A DNA stretch of 64,000 bases from a virus, in IMG/VR virus record IMGVR_UViG_3300042507_006854, positions 64,001 to 128,000 of that record; one strand, written 5' to 3'. The translations under genes were made by a program, and so were the position numbers. Of the stretch, positions 41,626 to 49,804 are shown in pieces. Within the stretch, counting starts at the first letter, position 1. Each line of letters opens with the position of its first letter. The notes under the pieces were generated by a model that had not been told where the DNA came from, made no database searches, and was given only the letters and a program-made list of their open reading frames with translations.

Positions 41626-41858
41626 TAAAAAAATAATTCTTTATTAAAAGCCCAGCCAGTTAATACCAATAGCCCCATTTGTAAAAATGATGCCCAACAG
41701 AATGGTGGTTCTAATTTTATACCAAATCCTAAACGTATAAAAATTAAACAAGCGGCTACAGCAAATAATGTTATTGAAACTATCAACATTAAATTGACTA
41801 CTTTTTTGATGATTTTCTTAGTTTGGGTTTTCATTTCGCCTAGATTCCAGAATAGCAA
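41622..41858 (-). CDS. Small two-TM membrane protein
   Basis: Two hydrophobic helices. Confidence 0.5.
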   Translation of the reverse strand: MLFWNLGEMKTQTKKIIKKVVNLMLIVSITLFAVAACLIFIRLGFGIKLEPPFCWASFLQMGLLVLTGWAFNKELFFY

Positions 41859-42156
41859 CCATTTGCTCTATCTGCCTCAACCTTATTTCTATAAGTTCTA
41901 ATGTTTTGTTTTGCGAAAGATCTATTTGATTTTTAATTTCTAATTGGCCCAAAATAAGCTCAATTCTTTGAACCTTTTCTGAAGTTTTTTGGTATTCAGT
42001 TTTTGTAATAAAATTGTTTTGTAAATATAAACTGGCGACCATAAATGCCAAGATTGCCAATTTCCATATATTATCAAACGATAAAAAATCTGATAAATGT
42101 ACGGGCTTTGGATTATTTGCTACAATTTTTTTAGTATTTTTATTAGAAGTAAGCAT
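41818..42156 (-). CDS. TM plus coiled-coil protein (holin-like?)
   Basis: One TM followed by heptad pattern. Confidence 0.45.
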   Translation of the reverse strand: MLTSNKNTKKIVANNPKPVHLSDFLSFDNIWKLAILAFMVASLYLQNNFITKTEYQKTSEKVQRIELILGQLEIKNQIDLSQNKTLELIEIRLRQIEQMVAILESRRNENPN

Positions 42157-42190
42157 GGTAAAAACGTATGATATTATATATTACACATAA

Positions 42191-42850
42191 ATGGCATATA
42201 TTAATACAGATATACCACTTTTTTCTGCTTATTTAGATACAAGTTTTTTATATGATAAAGAATCTCGGAGTACAAATGAGTTTATTCCGGTAGAAGTGTT
42301 TGGATTTACCTCTTTAAATCGGCGTTGCGCCCTTTTTTCTGTAATGACTGAAATGGGTAGCGTACATGCTCGTGTTCCTATCCATTATTTAACAGATCTT
42401 CTGCCAGAAGAAGGTTTAACGAACTTTCCATTAGATTGGCTAGAACTTTGGGATTGTTACTCTCCATATGTTACAGTGAATAGGTACGAATATTTAAAAC
42501 ATAGTGCTTGTAAAATTGTATTGAAAAATCGGGAATGGCATGACGCTACGTATTTAATGACATTTGATTGGGCTTATGGGCCGCAACACCAAACTGGCCA
42601 AAGTGAAAATCCTGGGGGTCATAAACAGGGGCATCTTCTAATTGGTAAAGGTGGTCAATATTTTTTCCAGCCTGGAAATCGTATTGTTTGGCGTGATGGG
42701 GGCGCTTTTATAGGAAAAGAATTAAAAGGGCACGAAAAATGGAAAGTATTTAGTAAGGAATTTTCTTGCGAACAAACTGGTAGTCGCTGGTTTGCTGGTG
42801 AAGAAGAACTTTATTTTTATCAGTTTGAACCTAATAAAGATAAGTCTTGA
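42191..42850 (+). CDS. Hypothetical phage protein
   Basis: 219 aa ORF. Confidence 0.65.
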   Translation: MAYINTDIPLFSAYLDTSFLYDKESRSTNEFIPVEVFGFTSLNRRCALFSVMTEMGSVHARVPIHYLTDLLPEEGLTNFPLDWLELWDCYSPYVTVNRYEYLKHSACKIVLKNREWHDATYLMTFDWAYGPQHQTGQSENPGGHKQGHLLIGKGGQYFFQPGNRIVWRDGGAFIGKELKGHEKWKVFSKEFSCEQTGSRWFAGEEELYFYQFEPNKDKS

Positions 42851-42883
42851 ATTTTAATTCATTTAATTATAATATATTCAACA

Positions 42884-43507
42884 ATGAATAATACTGTTGA
42901 ATTAATTGGTTACTATGGTTCTGATGAAGTAATTGCCTGTTCTGCTTGGACTTCTACTTCACGTAATTTGACAGAAGAAAAGCGCGAAAGAATTGAGGGG
43001 TTGATTAATATGCTTTGGTCTAATGGGCACGAGACTCCATTTGAAAAGGGTGTCGTTCATTTTTTAGTAAATACAGATATTGCTACTCATATTCATCTTC
43101 TCAAACATCGTATTTCGAGCATCAATGCTGAATCAGCGCGCTATAAAGAATTAAAAGAAGATAAATATTATGTTCCTCATGATTGGCCCATTGAATGGAT
43201 TGAAAAATTAGAAAACTACACATCGCAAGGATTGAAATTATACCATGAATGCGTCGATAGTCTTACAAAGCATTATGGAATTGATCGAAAGCGCGCTAAA
43301 GAATCAGCAAGATTTTTTAGAACCTATAACACTCAAATTGAAGCAGATGTTATGTTTAATATGCGTAGTTTTGCTAATTTCTTAAAATTAAGAGATAGTG
43401 AGCACGCTCAAAAAGAAGTGCGAGACATTGCTCAGCAAATGGCGCAAGCAGTAAAGTCTATAGAAAATAGACCTTTTAAATATACTTTAAAAGTCTTTGG
43501 TTATTAA
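42884..43507 (+). CDS. thyX: FAD-dependent thymidylate synthase
   Basis: GHETPFE, KHR..S.N.ESARY, HAQKEVR. Confidence 0.9.
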   Translation: MNNTVELIGYYGSDEVIACSAWTSTSRNLTEEKRERIEGLINMLWSNGHETPFEKGVVHFLVNTDIATHIHLLKHRISSINAESARYKELKEDKYYVPHDWPIEWIEKLENYTSQGLKLYHECVDSLTKHYGIDRKRAKESARFFRTYNTQIEADVMFNMRSFANFLKLRDSEHAQKEVRDIAQQMAQAVKSIENRPFKYTLKVFGY

Positions 43508-44089
43508 TTAGGGCAAACTAATTTTAACTAAGGCGTATCCGTTTTCGTCTTTACGGCTTAAGAATTTTCCGATAACAACGATTCCGTCTGTAGCTATACG
43601 ACCATTCGATCCAACGTAAGCTGCATCTCCGATATCAGGAGCACCTCCGCCGCCACCACGATTGGTTTCATCAATATCATTGATAAGAATAAGACCTCTT
43701 GTTAATACTGGAACTGCTTGAATATCTTTAATAATAACATCCATTTCAGCAGCTTTACGAGAATTAAAGATTAATTTTTCGCCATTTTCATCAAATTCAC
43801 GAATATCTTTAAGTAGAACACCTATTGCTGTTGGTACATCATCATGATTAACAACAGGTTCCACTTGACCAACTAATTCAAAATTTTGCGTTACAGTATT
43901 TGTATATACAGCGCCAGGAGCGGAAGATCCTAAGTCCAAAGGCCCTGCAGTTCTTTTATCAGAAGCTCCAGTTGATTTCCAGCTTCTTTTTGGCTTAACA
44001 AGAGTTCCTTTATTTGCAATAGCTGTGCAAGCAAAAAAGTTTAAAACTTCATGTTCACTATAATCTCTAAATGGAAGTAAGTTTGGCAT
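43508..44089 (-). CDS. Putative head decoration/structural protein
   Basis: Late-type GTGTAA motif; beta-rich, GVLLKD..VPVLTRG. Confidence 0.5.
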   Translation of the reverse strand: MPNLLPFRDYSEHEVLNFFACTAIANKGTLVKPKRSWKSTGASDKRTAGPLDLGSSAPGAVYTNTVTQNFELVGQVEPVVNHDDVPTAIGVLLKDIREFDENGEKLIFNSRKAAEMDVIIKDIQAVPVLTRGLILINDIDETNRGGGGGAPDIGDAAYVGSNGRIATDGIVVIGKFLSRKDENGYALVKISLP

Positions 44090-44206
44090 ATATTGATATT
44101 ACACTCAAAAAATAGATTATCTACTTTTTTTTAAATTAAATTATTTAATTTATTTACATTACACTTTTTTTTATATTTAAATAGATTATTTATATAATTT
44201 ATAACA

Positions 44207-44689
44207 ATGGATTTACAACAAATTTTAAATATACAAGAATTAGAAGGGTTACATCTCGATGTAATGTTTGGAGCAGTACCTAAACGTTTAATAGGAGATG
44301 TTTCTAAAAAATTTAATAAACGTAAAACAAAAAATTTATTTTATATAATATTCGGAGTTTATTTAAAGGAATCTAAACAATATATTGTATTTACGAGCGT
44401 ATTTAAATCTTCTAGAAAAAAAATAGAAAATCAATGGTTTTCAGAAGTAATGGTTGATTCAGCAGTATTTGAAGACAAACAGAAAGTTCTAGATTATTTA
44501 TATGATTTTATGGATAATTTTGAAGAGCACGAAAGGATTATTAATGAAGAAATTATGAGTATGGGTATGATGCCAGCCATAGAAGCTTTTCGATATTTAC
44601 TCATATGGAATAGAGGAATTTTCGATTATTTCAATATTTTTATTGAAAGCGAGAATAAAAAACGATTTAAATTTTTAAAATTGTTTTAA
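44207..44689 (+). CDS. Hypothetical protein
   Basis: 160 aa ORF. Confidence 0.55.
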   Translation: MDLQQILNIQELEGLHLDVMFGAVPKRLIGDVSKKFNKRKTKNLFYIIFGVYLKESKQYIVFTSVFKSSRKKIENQWFSEVMVDSAVFEDKQKVLDYLYDFMDNFEEHERIINEEIMSMGMMPAIEAFRYLLIWNRGIFDYFNIFIESENKKRFKFLKLF

Positions 44690-44721
44690 CAACCGCTCAT
44701 AATAATATTATTATACTAAAT

Positions 44722-44925
44722 TTAACGACAAGACGAAGAAGATGAAGAATAACCGTCATGGCCAGGCCTTCCATAAAAAGGACAACTTGGCCCACATTGA
44801 TGAATACTTGGAGGAGATTGGGGTGGACTAATAGGCCCTAGACTAGGGGCTCCTGGAATTCCACATGGATCAGGCGGTATGCAATTATTAATGGTTGAAC
44901 CTGCAGATGATGTTGAAACGCTCAT
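44722..44925 (-). CDS. Small Pro/Ser/Cys-rich protein
   Basis: Start reassigned to MSVSTSSAGSTINNCIPP, paralogous to next ORF. Confidence 0.6.
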   Translation of the reverse strand: MSVSTSSAGSTINNCIPPDPCGIPGAPSLGPISPPQSPPSIHQCGPSCPFYGRPGHDGYSSSSSSCR

Positions 44926-44930
44926 AATAT

Positions 44931-45146
44931 TTATTTTAAAGTTTTTGTAGGTGATGGAGTTGGTGGTTGAGGACCCTGTGGTGGCATACCAGGGTAAGGA
45001 TAAAAAGAATCTCCAGGGTTCATTGATGGGGGCCACTCTGTACACTGCCCTTGACCTGGATAATCAGGTCCAGTACAAGAAGATGAACTTGCTGGAGGAA
45101 TACAATTATTTATTGTACCCCCAGCTGATGATGAAGCGGCACTCAT
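44931..45146 (-). CDS. Small Pro/Ser/Cys-rich protein
   Basis: MSAASSSAGGTINNCIPP; GTGTAA 10 nt upstream. Confidence 0.65.
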   Translation of the reverse strand: MSAASSSAGGTINNCIPPASSSSCTGPDYPGQGQCTEWPPSMNPGDSFYPYPGMPPQGPQPPTPSPTKTLK

Positions 45147-45204
45147 AATAATATTATTACACTTTTTTAAAAAAAATTGACTTATTTAAATTAAATGCTA
45201 TAAT

Positions 45205-45429
45205 ATGTTTATGTATTGGCCATCTATGCAAGTATTAAAAAGCAGCGATCTTTGGAAAAAGCTCGATAAAAAAATGAAATGGACTTTTATGGGTATGTGG
45301 ACTGTTGAGGATTCACAAGTTCATTCTGATAACCCAGAATATAAATTAGAGCCAAATATGGCTTATATTAACAAAAGAAAATCAGGTTTTAAACCTCGCC
45401 CGAAACGAGAAGAAGAATTTGATGATTAA
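45205..45429 (+). CDS. Hypothetical protein
   Basis: TTGACT-TATAAT promoter directly upstream. Confidence 0.55.
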   Translation: MFMYWPSMQVLKSSDLWKKLDKKMKWTFMGMWTVEDSQVHSDNPEYKLEPNMAYINKRKSGFKPRPKREEEFDD

Positions 45430-45764
45430 TTTTGATAAGTAATATAAGCAAATACTGGAGCACTACCATTAGTTGCTACCAGTCTTATATTGGCAATAGG
45501 AGAATCAAAGAAAATAGGGTCTCCATATCCAGCGCCAACTCCCGTAGCTGTATAAAAAGAAAGTGCATTTGCTACCCCACCTTCTAAAAACATAGGGTGT
45601 TGAGTTAATTCTGTTTTAGCTTGTAAATTAATATCTACACTAGAACCGCTAGCATAAATAACTACAAAACCATTTTTACATAAAGCTGTGTTAACCCATC
45701 GTCCAGTAAATGGGGCAGATTGTCCGGTTGCTAAAAATTCGGTCTTAATAAGAGAAGGGTTCAT
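45426..45764 (-). CDS. Putative small virion protein
   Basis: Beta-rich; GTGTAA 9 nt upstream. Confidence 0.5.
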   Translation of the reverse strand: MNPSLIKTEFLATGQSAPFTGRWVNTALCKNGFVVIYASGSSVDINLQAKTELTQHPMFLEGGVANALSFYTATGVGAGYGDPIFFDSPIANIRLVATNGSAPVFAYITYQN

Positions 45765-45821
45765 TATTCATAATTACACATAAAATAGATAGTTTTTGTT
45801 TTAAAATTTAAAATAATACAA

Positions 45822-46229
45822 ATGAATAGACAAAAAACAATATGCTTTTTACGCCAAATCTGTTTGCAATATGAAGTTAAAGTTAGATTTCGTACCCGTT
45901 TTGATAAAGAATTAGACGGAGAAGCAGATACTGAAAAAGAAATAATTTATATAGATAAAAAATTACCACGTAGAGCCATGGCTGAAGCGGTATTTCATGA
46001 ATTGGGTCATATTTATTGTGTCCGAAAAGGTATTTGGAATAAATTCCATAAAGAGCATGATTATTCCGCAATCAAATCATTCAAAGCAGAGAATTGGATT
46101 GAACACTGGGCCAAACGCGAATGGGATGCGTGGGGTATGAGAAAAATATTTGGACAGTATCGATTTGTTTATTTAAAAAGCGAAAAGAAAAAATTAGTAA
46201 AATGGTTTGAAAAAAAATTCAACTTATAA
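45822..46229 (+). CDS. ImmA/IrrE-like HExxH protein
   Basis: FHELGH..E. Confidence 0.6.
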   Translation: MNRQKTICFLRQICLQYEVKVRFRTRFDKELDGEADTEKEIIYIDKKLPRRAMAEAVFHELGHIYCVRKGIWNKFHKEHDYSAIKSFKAENWIEHWAKREWDAWGMRKIFGQYRFVYLKSEKKKLVKWFEKKFNL

Positions 46230-46234
46230 ACTTA

Positions 46235-48334
46235 TCATAGGGGTGGATCAATACAAACCCCGATACCCCCAGATAGAGTAAAACATCCAAAAACTCCAGG
46301 AGGAATATCTGATATTGTTGCATAATCATAAGGCAATACTTTTTTCCATTCTACTTTTTGTCCGGAGATAAAAGTATCTTCGATCAAATTATTATTTGTT
46401 AATCTAAAACCGGCACGAGTTGATATACCGGTTGGAAGTCCAGGGCGATTTCTGAGAGGAATGCCAGCATATCCTGTATAAGAACATGACATTGGGTCAG
46501 AAGGGTTAATATAGGTCTTACAGTATCTACCCACACCGTCTTTTGGATTATTTTTAACAAGATCTAAACGGCCCATCAAATCAATCATTTTTCTTACTTT
46601 TGCATTACCTTTTGTAATTCCTCTTGACCATAAATAACCATATAATCGAGATTTCGCTTGTTTACTTGCTTTTCTACTGGCTAAATAAGATGCTTCATAT
46701 TGATTATTTGCACTAGCAGTAACTTTATATCCATAAAATATACCTGAACCTAATAAACCACTAGGGTTTTCGGAATATTGATAAATTCCGCTCCCACTTT
46801 CAGAAGAAAGGATGAAAGCATTAGAGATATATACATTTAAATTTGGGGTCGTAATTTCTGAATTTTTCAATCTGACCGTTTCAATAGAAAAAGGTGTTCC
46901 GCTTGGAATTATTCCATTCCAAGTGCCAGTGTTAAAAGTATTTTTTCTATATACTGGCTCATACAATTTATAGAACAATGTGTCCTTTAAAGGAATTTGT
47001 TGTTTTAATCGTGCCGCATCAAAATTGTAAAAACGTTTAGAAGAACCACTTGTTATCTTAGTGATATAATTTAAGCCAGTATAATTATAATCAAAACTGG
47101 AGACGCTTGTTAAATTTCCACTTTGTAATAAATAGACATCTCTTGAATTAATTATTCTACCATTACTTCCAGTAATTGGAATACGGCTTGAAGAAGATAA
47201 TTCGGCCCAAAATCCGGCGAAATTTTCAATAGCGTGAGGACTTACGTAAACAATTTTTTTAGATGATATCCCAGTACTTACAATGATTATGTCACTAATT
47301 TTATTTCCATTATTTTCAAAAGTAATAACACTATTATATCTTAATGCTGGGTAGCTTTGAATATTATAGGAATGGGGATATGTTATCCAGTTATTATTAG
47401 CTGGAAGATTTCCACTTGTATTCCCTACAACACCATTCACAGATGAATAAATTTTATTTTTACCGTTAGAAATTCTTGTCGTTGCTAATTTAAAAAATCC
47501 TTCTAATTCAATTTCTTCTGAAACAGGTAAAGGATTTGATCCACTTGTGGAGCTTGAACCTGTAATTTGCCAATTATTTCCCGTAGGCAAAGTATTATTT
47601 CCAAGAAGAACATACAAAGGACGAAAATTTAATCTCCATTGATCTCTTTGTCTTAAAACCCATCCACTTTGCGTAGGTACAGATATAAAACCAGATATTC
47701 CAGATACAAAATTATTATTTTGAAACCAAATCATATCAACTGGTATAGAATTAGAAGAATTTACATATCTTGTTTTATTATTTATAACCCCATTTGGAAC
47801 AAAAATTCCATTAATTGGGAGGGAGGACTGACTTACTATAATATTTTGACTTTTTGTAAAACCGGAAGACAATGCGAAAAATTTTTGCTGTTCTCCTTGC
47901 GAAATTCCAGTCACGCCACTTTGAATAGTTATAGAAGTAACTCTTGAAGATAAACGGTTAAAACTTGCAAAAAGTGGATCATAAGGATTATTTTGATCGA
48001 TTGATGAATTGCTTTGATATGTTAAGACTTGACCATTTAAAACAATTTCGCTAAGAGTTTCTTGAAAATAATATTGTGGTGCAGATTCGTTTTTTATTTC
48101 AATTGGATAGTAACCTTGCGTCTCATTATCAAAAATGACCAATTTCTCAATCGGTTTTCTCAAAGTTCCAACGTTAATAGTTTTTAAATCTATTTTAGAA
48201 TAACTATTAAAATCTTTTATCGTCTTATTTAGACTGATTGGGGTAGAAGTTGAAATTTTTTGCTCAGACTTGCGAATGTCTACTAGATAATCTTTTTTAG
48301 ATAATCCTAATTTTTTCCTTTTAAAGTTATTCAT
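46235..48334 (-). CDS. Ribozyme-linked large protein, paralog D
   Basis: NVGTLR, KIVYVSPH, LKQQIPLKDTLFYKLY, TFNTGTWNGIIPSG, GCF..CIDPP. Confidence 0.75.
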   Translation of the reverse strand: MNNFKRKKLGLSKKDYLVDIRKSEQKISTSTPISLNKTIKDFNSYSKIDLKTINVGTLRKPIEKLVIFDNETQGYYPIEIKNESAPQYYFQETLSEIVLNGQVLTYQSNSSIDQNNPYDPLFASFNRLSSRVTSITIQSGVTGISQGEQQKFFALSSGFTKSQNIIVSQSSLPINGIFVPNGVINNKTRYVNSSNSIPVDMIWFQNNNFVSGISGFISVPTQSGWVLRQRDQWRLNFRPLYVLLGNNTLPTGNNWQITGSSSTSGSNPLPVSEEIELEGFFKLATTRISNGKNKIYSSVNGVVGNTSGNLPANNNWITYPHSYNIQSYPALRYNSVITFENNGNKISDIIIVSTGISSKKIVYVSPHAIENFAGFWAELSSSSRIPITGSNGRIINSRDVYLLQSGNLTSVSSFDYNYTGLNYITKITSGSSKRFYNFDAARLKQQIPLKDTLFYKLYEPVYRKNTFNTGTWNGIIPSGTPFSIETVRLKNSEITTPNLNVYISNAFILSSESGSGIYQYSENPSGLLGSGIFYGYKVTASANNQYEASYLASRKASKQAKSRLYGYLWSRGITKGNAKVRKMIDLMGRLDLVKNNPKDGVGRYCKTYINPSDPMSCSYTGYAGIPLRNRPGLPTGISTRAGFRLTNNNLIEDTFISGQKVEWKKVLPYDYATISDIPPGVFGCFTLSGGIGVCIDPPL

Positions 48335-48373
48335 AATAGTATCACTATAATATTAATAAATTATTATATGTTT

Positions 48374-48565
48374 ATCCGCCATCCAGATGTCAGTTACTAG
48401 CCCGAGTAATTCTCCGACCATGAAGAATTTTCCCAGTTGGGTCCGAATCTGGTAGGTCATTACAGCATTGCCATTGTGAATTGATTCACCATGCTCAATC
48501 CGCTATATTTATAGCTCTAATTTAAAGCGATAAAGGTAGCGGATTGAGAATACAACGTGTCTCAT
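48374..48565 (-). ncRNA. Predicted structured circular RNA exon D (192 nt; 179 nt if omega-G is 48553)
   Basis: Ends AUGGCGGAU|AAAC, pairing 9 bp with IGS GUCCGUUAU; multiple internal helices. Confidence 0.62.
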
Positions 48566-48793
48566 CATTGTGTTATCGTATAAGTGTTTATCTTATACAT
48601 CTTTGCGTCACCGCAAAGTTCAGACTATATCTTCTTTTCTTTTGAAAAGTTCGGGCGCTCTTGGGCTATTTTATTGTTGGGACTCAACAGCCTAGTCGTT
48701 ACACCTTCCATCCTATCTTTCCCAGATGGCTTGGCTCGGGATTGTCTTTTTATAAAGAGTTCCCCCGAATTCACCCGATAACGGACATTTTTT
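48566..48793 (-). ncRNA. Group I ribozyme copy D (permuted, most diverged)
   Basis: GAAUUCGGGGGAA, AAUCCCGAGCCAAG, GUGUAACGACUA, AAGAUAUAGUCU. Confidence 0.9.
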
Positions 48794-48867
48794 TAAATTT
48801 TAAAGAACTATTTATTTTTACACAAAATAATATTGAATACCCCAAAAAAATTTATTATCATAATAAT

Positions 48868-49143
48868 ATGCATGAATATATAGCTGAAATTTTTGGAATA
48901 ATAATGACGATCAGTTTTATGTTTTGTTATATTCCCCAAATTTTAAAGATTTTTAAAAATCGTTCTTCTAAAGATGTTTCTTTAGCCTTGATATTAATGT
49001 CAATTTGTGGTTACATATCTGGCATGGTATATATGTTTTTGACCCAATTTGGGGTTTGGTGGTTTGCAAATTACTCAGTTGGGTTAGTAATGTGTATAAT
49101 ATTAGTTTACGCTTGGTTTAAATTTCAAAAAGGAGTACGGTAA
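48868..49143 (+). CDS. PQ-loop / SemiSWEET-like membrane protein
   Basis: YIPQILKIFKNRSSKDVS, three TMs; start moved to MHEY. Confidence 0.8.
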   Translation: MHEYIAEIFGIIMTISFMFCYIPQILKIFKNRSSKDVSLALILMSICGYISGMVYMFLTQFGVWWFANYSVGLVMCIILVYAWFKFQKGVR

Positions 49144-49213
49144 AGTTGGAGAGTTACATCAGACTGTAAATCTGACGCCATTGGCTTAGTAGGTTCGAAT
49201 CCTATTGCTCCTA
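49131..49213 (+). tRNA. tRNA-Tyr(GTA)
   Basis: Cloverleaf, TCAGA-CTGTAAA-TCTGA, variable arm. Confidence 0.9.
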
Positions 49214-49230
49214 GTTCTTTAAAATTTTAT

Positions 49231-49302
49231 GCACGGTTAGCTCAGTGGTAGAGCGGCTGCTTTACACGCAGTTGGTCGGGGGTTCAAATCCCTCACCGTG
49301 TA
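49231..49302 (+). tRNA. tRNA-Val(TAC)
   Basis: Cloverleaf, loop TTTACAC. Confidence 0.92.
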
Positions 49303-49389
49303 CGTTTTGGGATTATCTCGTAAAAGGAGCCGACTTTCCGCTGGTTGTGGTTTTCCCAGAGCAGTCGCGGGTAAACTGCTCACATTTAA

Positions 49390-49462
49390 GGGGGTGTAGC
49401 TCATCTGGTAGAGCAGGACCTTTGCAAGGTCAAGGTAGCAGGTTCGAGCCCTGTCACCTCCA
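49390..49462 (+). tRNA. tRNA-Ala(TGC)
   Basis: Cloverleaf, G3:U70, loop TTTGCAA. Confidence 0.92.
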
Positions 49463-49466
49463 AAAT

Positions 49467-49548
49467 GCTGATGTGGCGTAATTGGCAGCCGCGACAGACT
49501 TAGGATCTGTTTTCTTCGGAAGTGTAGGTTCGACTCCTATCATCAGCA
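49467..49548 (+). tRNA. tRNA-Leu(TAG)
   Basis: Cloverleaf, loop CTTAGGA, variable arm. Confidence 0.92.
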
Positions 49549-49614
49549 CTTTCTTCTTGATTATTAATTAATTATATGTATAATAAATAAAGCGTGTGAA
49601 GCAAGTTCTCTATT

Positions 49615-49803
49615 ATGAGCAAATTTAAAAAACCAACAAAAAAAGAGATTAAAAGATTATCAGAAGTAATTGTTCATCTCTTCGAAAAAGATAAACATCG
49701 TGAATTTGAAAATAGTTTACACCTTGCCCTATCATCTAGTTTGCATAAAAAAGCGTTGGTTGAACAATCTATTTCAGTGGCTTTTGGTTTAGATCCTTTT
49801 TAA
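49615..49803 (+). CDS. Hypothetical protein
   Basis: 62 aa ORF. Confidence 0.45.
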   Translation: MSKFKKPTKKEIKRLSEVIVHLFEKDKHREFENSLHLALSSSLHKKALVEQSISVAFGLDPF

Positions 49804-49804
49804 T

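Noticed and set aside
48777-48786. IGS D targeting host 23S rRNA (AACGGAU) in trans
   Set aside because: A longer cis partner exists at 48374-48383 and cis partners exist for all four copies; trans-splicing is not excluded but is unnecessary.
30901-48793. Conventional cis-splicing introns interrupting genes
   Set aside because: No upstream exon between promoter and core, flanking genes are intact, and the sequence after each omega-G does not continue a long reading frame.
36468-48867. Plus-strand ORFs 36468-36671, 40249-40515, 40379-40630, 48584-48781 and the 48661 extension
   Set aside because: Antisense shadows of the ribozyme sequences.
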